From an uncultured Gammaproteobacteria bacterium (lineage in GTDB: Bacteria > Pseudomonadota > Gammaproteobacteria > CAWCPV01), in assembly GCA_963797555.1 (NCBI GenBank), contig CAWCPV010000007.1, positions 32,001 to 96,000 on the forward strand: DNA of 64,000 nt, given 5' to 3'. The notes beneath the pieces are model-generated. The model was not told the origin of the DNA. It saw only the letters and a program-made list of their open reading frames with translations, and ran no database searches. Below are positions 61,313-64,000 of this stretch, in pieces (the stretch's first letter is position 1; each line of letters opens with the position of its first letter). Both the position numbers and the translations under genes were made by a program.

Positions 61313-62931
61313 AGTCGTGCCAGCAGCCGGGGGATGAACCAGGCGAGGGGCAGCAAGCAGAAAAGCGAATAGGCCAGCACCGTCCCCCAGACGACTCCTG
61401 GCACCCCGATGAGCCGAGCCAGCAGGATTTTGCTAAAGACTGCGGCAACCGCCATCAGCAGTGCAAGGGTCACCTGGAGGCGGACGACGTTGGCGCCGTT
61501 GAGGAACATGGACAGGGCGTTCCCCAACGCCTCCAGGACTTTCCAGACCCCGCAGCCGATCAGCAGCAACGAGGAGGGACTAACCCTCCCGTCGGTCCAG
61601 ATGGAGATAATCTCCCGCCCGAAGAGTATCAATAACAGAGAAAAGATAGCACTGAAGCTGACGGCCAGGTCCGCGGAGCGGCGGAGGGTTTGTCTGACCC
61701 ACGCAACGTCGCGCCGCACCAGCGCCTCGGCGTAGGCCGGCCACAGGGGTGTCAGGGCCATCCCCAGCAAAGCGGACACGATTCCGAATAGCTGCACGGT
61801 TACGGCATATTCGGTGACGGCCGCGGCCCCGAGGACCCGTGCGGCAATCAGGTTGTCCGAGGCGAAGGCAAGCGCCACCGCCACCTGAAGCACAAAAAAC
61901 AGGGAGCCCAGGTGGATGATGCGCTTCACTACCGGCCGCGAAATGTCCCGGACGCTCGGCCGCAACCAGGGCCGCCGATAACGGAAGAGCACCACCCCAT
62001 TGGCGGCGCCGGTCAGGAGCGGCGCTCCCACCAGGCCCACGACCAGCCACGGCAGTCCGGCGTGGAAGTGGATGGCGCCGAGAACTCCGAGCAGCCCAAG
62101 CAGGTTGCCACCGCTCTGCCACAGGTTGTTGACGTATCCTTCCTGATAGCCCATCTGCACGCGCTGGACCACTGCGCAGGGTAGATTGAGAGCGAAACAC
62201 ACCACCAAGACCGCGACGGCGGGACCGGCCTCACGCGCAGCCGCGGCCGAGCTGACATTGAGCAAACGACCCCAGGGTACCAGGGGATAGGTGACAGCGA
62301 AGACCAGGATCATACCTAGGGCTAGCGCCCCGAGCATGGCCAGCCCGCTGGCAACGCACGTGCGCGCGAGTTCCCGATCGTCCCGCCCATTCGCTTCGGC
62401 GATGGCATTCATCAGCCCATACCCCAGACCGAGGTCGGCGAATGCCAGCACCGTGGTCAGGGAGGCGATGGTCATCCACAGTCCGTAACGCTCCTCGCCC
62501 AAGTACCCCAGAGCCAGCGGCACCGAGATCAGCACGGTGATAAGGTTGATCGCCTTGGGCAGGACCGCGCTGAGCGCCGTCCGGGCAATCCGCGAGTGCC
62601 GCTCCCGGGCGCGGTCCACCGCGGCTGCGGTGGAGGCAAGGCCCGCGGCTAGGCGCCAGGGGCCGTCCACGGTGCAGAGGGGCGACAGCGGGCTGTGGTC
62701 GCCGGGAGCGCTAGTCCCCGGTCCGGACTGGCGGCCTGAGCACGATACGCTGACCCGAGGCGCCGTCCACTGGAATTCCAGAGACGCAACCAGAACTGCG
62801 CCAGTATGTCCGTGCTGTCGTACCGTGTGGCCTTGGCGCGGGCTTCCGTCAGGCTCGTGTATCGGCCACGAAATGGCGTGGCGCGCCCCGTCCGTTCTCC
62901 CGCCATCCGCGGCAACACAAGGGGCAACCAT
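61309..62931 (-). CDS. Wzx-type oligosaccharide flippase; true start probably near 62670
   Basis: VPL.L.YLG.ERYG.W.T..S......DLG.G, D......LG...V..Y, PLWPAY.EA; about 12 TMs. Confidence 0.88.
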   Translation of the reverse strand: MVAPCVAADGGRTDGARHAISWPIHEPDGSPRQGHTVRQHGHTGAVLVASLEFQWTAPRVSVSCSGRQSGPGTSAPGDHSPLSPLCTVDGPWRLAAGLASTAAAVDRARERHSRIARTALSAVLPKAINLITVLISVPLALGYLGEERYGLWMTIASLTTVLAFADLGLGYGLMNAIAEANGRDDRELARTCVASGLAMLGALALGMILVFAVTYPLVPWGRLLNVSSAAAAREAGPAVAVLVVCFALNLPCAVVQRVQMGYQEGYVNNLWQSGGNLLGLLGVLGAIHFHAGLPWLVVGLVGAPLLTGAANGVVLFRYRRPWLRPSVRDISRPVVKRIIHLGSLFFVLQVAVALAFASDNLIAARVLGAAAVTEYAVTVQLFGIVSALLGMALTPLWPAYAEALVRRDVAWVRQTLRRSADLAVSFSAIFSLLLILFGREIISIWTDGRVSPSSLLLIGCGVWKVLEALGNALSMFLNGANVVRLQVTLALLMAVAAVFSKILLARLIGVPGVVWGTVLAYSLFCLLPLAWFIPRLLARL

Positions 62932-63008
62932 TTGCCAGCGGTGCGCCTATAATCTGCGGAACTCGCCATCAGTCGATCATGCTCTGAGCCCTCGGGCTCA
63001 ACCATCTT

Positions 63009-64000
63009 ATGAGATTGCTGTTTCTGTACAAGCGCTGCCCGCAGGGTCGGGATCTCATCCAGCGTCCTTATGGGCGCTTTTATCATCTTCCGCGCCAGCT
63101 CGCCGCACGCGGACACGAGGTGCACGCGCTGCTGCTGGGCTATCGCCGGGAACCCGATGTGAACATGGTTCGAGATGGCGTTCACTGGATGGTCCGCAGC
63201 CTCATTCCATACGGCCCCTTGCCTTACTGGCACGCCGCCCGTTCCCTCACCCGCGCGGTCGGGCCGGACTGGATTATAGGCTTTTCGGACACCTATTTCG
63301 GCATCCTGGCGCACCGCCTTGCGGAACAGTATGGGGCGCGCTCCTGGATTGACGCCTACGACAACTACGAAAGCTATATGCCGTGGGCAAAGCCTCTACA
63401 CTGGCTATGGCGGCATGCGCTGTCGAAGGCAACCAGGATTTCCGCCGCAGGCCCCGGCCTTGCGCGACTGATGAGCCGTGATCGAGCCGCTGACCACGCC
63501 CTGGTGTTGCCCATGGCGGCGGATCCCGTGTTCGCCCCTCTGGTGGACCGCCGTGCCGTACGGCGTCGGCTTGGGTTGCAGCAAGAGCAAACACTGGTGG
63601 GCTACTGCGGATCCTTGTTCCCTAACCGCGGCCTGGAAGTGTTGTTCGCCGCCATGGAGCGCGTGCGCGCTCTAAGGCCTGAGGTTTCATTGGTGCTATC
63701 GGGTAGGCGGCACCCCCGCATCACCCTGCCTACGCACACGCTGTGGTTGGGCTACATTGAAGACGAGGTTATGCCTGACTTGGTCGGCAGCCTTGACTTG
63801 CTCACGGTAATCAACCAGGACTCCTCCTTCGGGCGCCACAGCCACCCCGTCAAGCTGTACGAAGCCATGCGCTGTGGCGTACCGGTGGCGGCGACCCGCA
63901 CCCCGGCGACCTCATGGATTCTAGCCAACCACCCGGAGATGCTCGCGGCCCCGGGCGATGCCCAAGACCTTGCCAGGGTGATCGGTACCAACCTCGAGCG
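63009..64000 (+). CDS. GT4 glycosyltransferase (runs off the window)
   Basis: Manual translation MRLLFLYKRCPQGRDLIQRPYGRFYHLP..LA.RGHEV...DAYDNYESY...HPVKLYEAMRCGVPV.AT. Confidence 0.85.
   Translation, partial: MRLLFLYKRCPQGRDLIQRPYGRFYHLPRQLAARGHEVHALLLGYRREPDVNMVRDGVHWMVRSLIPYGPLPYWHAARSLTRAVGPDWIIGFSDTYFGILAHRLAEQYGARSWIDAYDNYESYMPWAKPLHWLWRHALSKATRISAAGPGLARLMSRDRAADHALVLPMAADPVFAPLVDRRAVRRRLGLQQEQTLVGYCGSLFPNRGLEVLFAAMERVRALRPEVSLVLSGRRHPRITLPTHTLWLGYIEDEVMPDLVGSLDLLTVINQDSSFGRHSHPVKLYEAMRCGVPVAATRTPATSWILANHPEMLAAPGDAQDLARVIGTNLE

Overview
High-GC bacterial chromosome segment, probably a gammaproteobacterium judging from gene content. Many isolated +1 insertions break otherwise well-conserved genes and look like long-read assembly errors. 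From left to right the window holds: a type-1 leuA (truncated at the edge); an hldE-GT2-LAB_N-ArnT lipid A/LPS modification run; an Lrp regulator divergent from a second, yeast-type leuA; and a peptidoglycan/envelope cluster (mltB, PG-binding protein, alpha-2-macroglobulin, pbpC, SLT, atypical class A PBP). A complete integron sits inside that cluster: intact intI, attI at 15387-15393, five attC sites of 55-131 bp, five whole cassettes and a truncated sixth. Further right are putA, an orphan groEL, a DARS-like DnaA-box triplet, a decayed toxin-antitoxin region with one intact nucleotidyltransferase/small-protein pair, and a large surface-glycan locus (TMTC-like, MBOAT/SGNH, GT-C paralogs, GT4s, methyltransferases, perosamine synthase, Wzx). 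A MITE family (GAGCTTGTGAA inverted repeats, TNA duplications) occurs five times, one copy carrying a nested 75-bp four-hairpin element. The best novelty candidates are the two-gene SWIM cassette, the apparently gene-less cassette, and an attI that supplies an ATG exactly at the crossover. No rRNA, tRNA or CRISPR array was seen.
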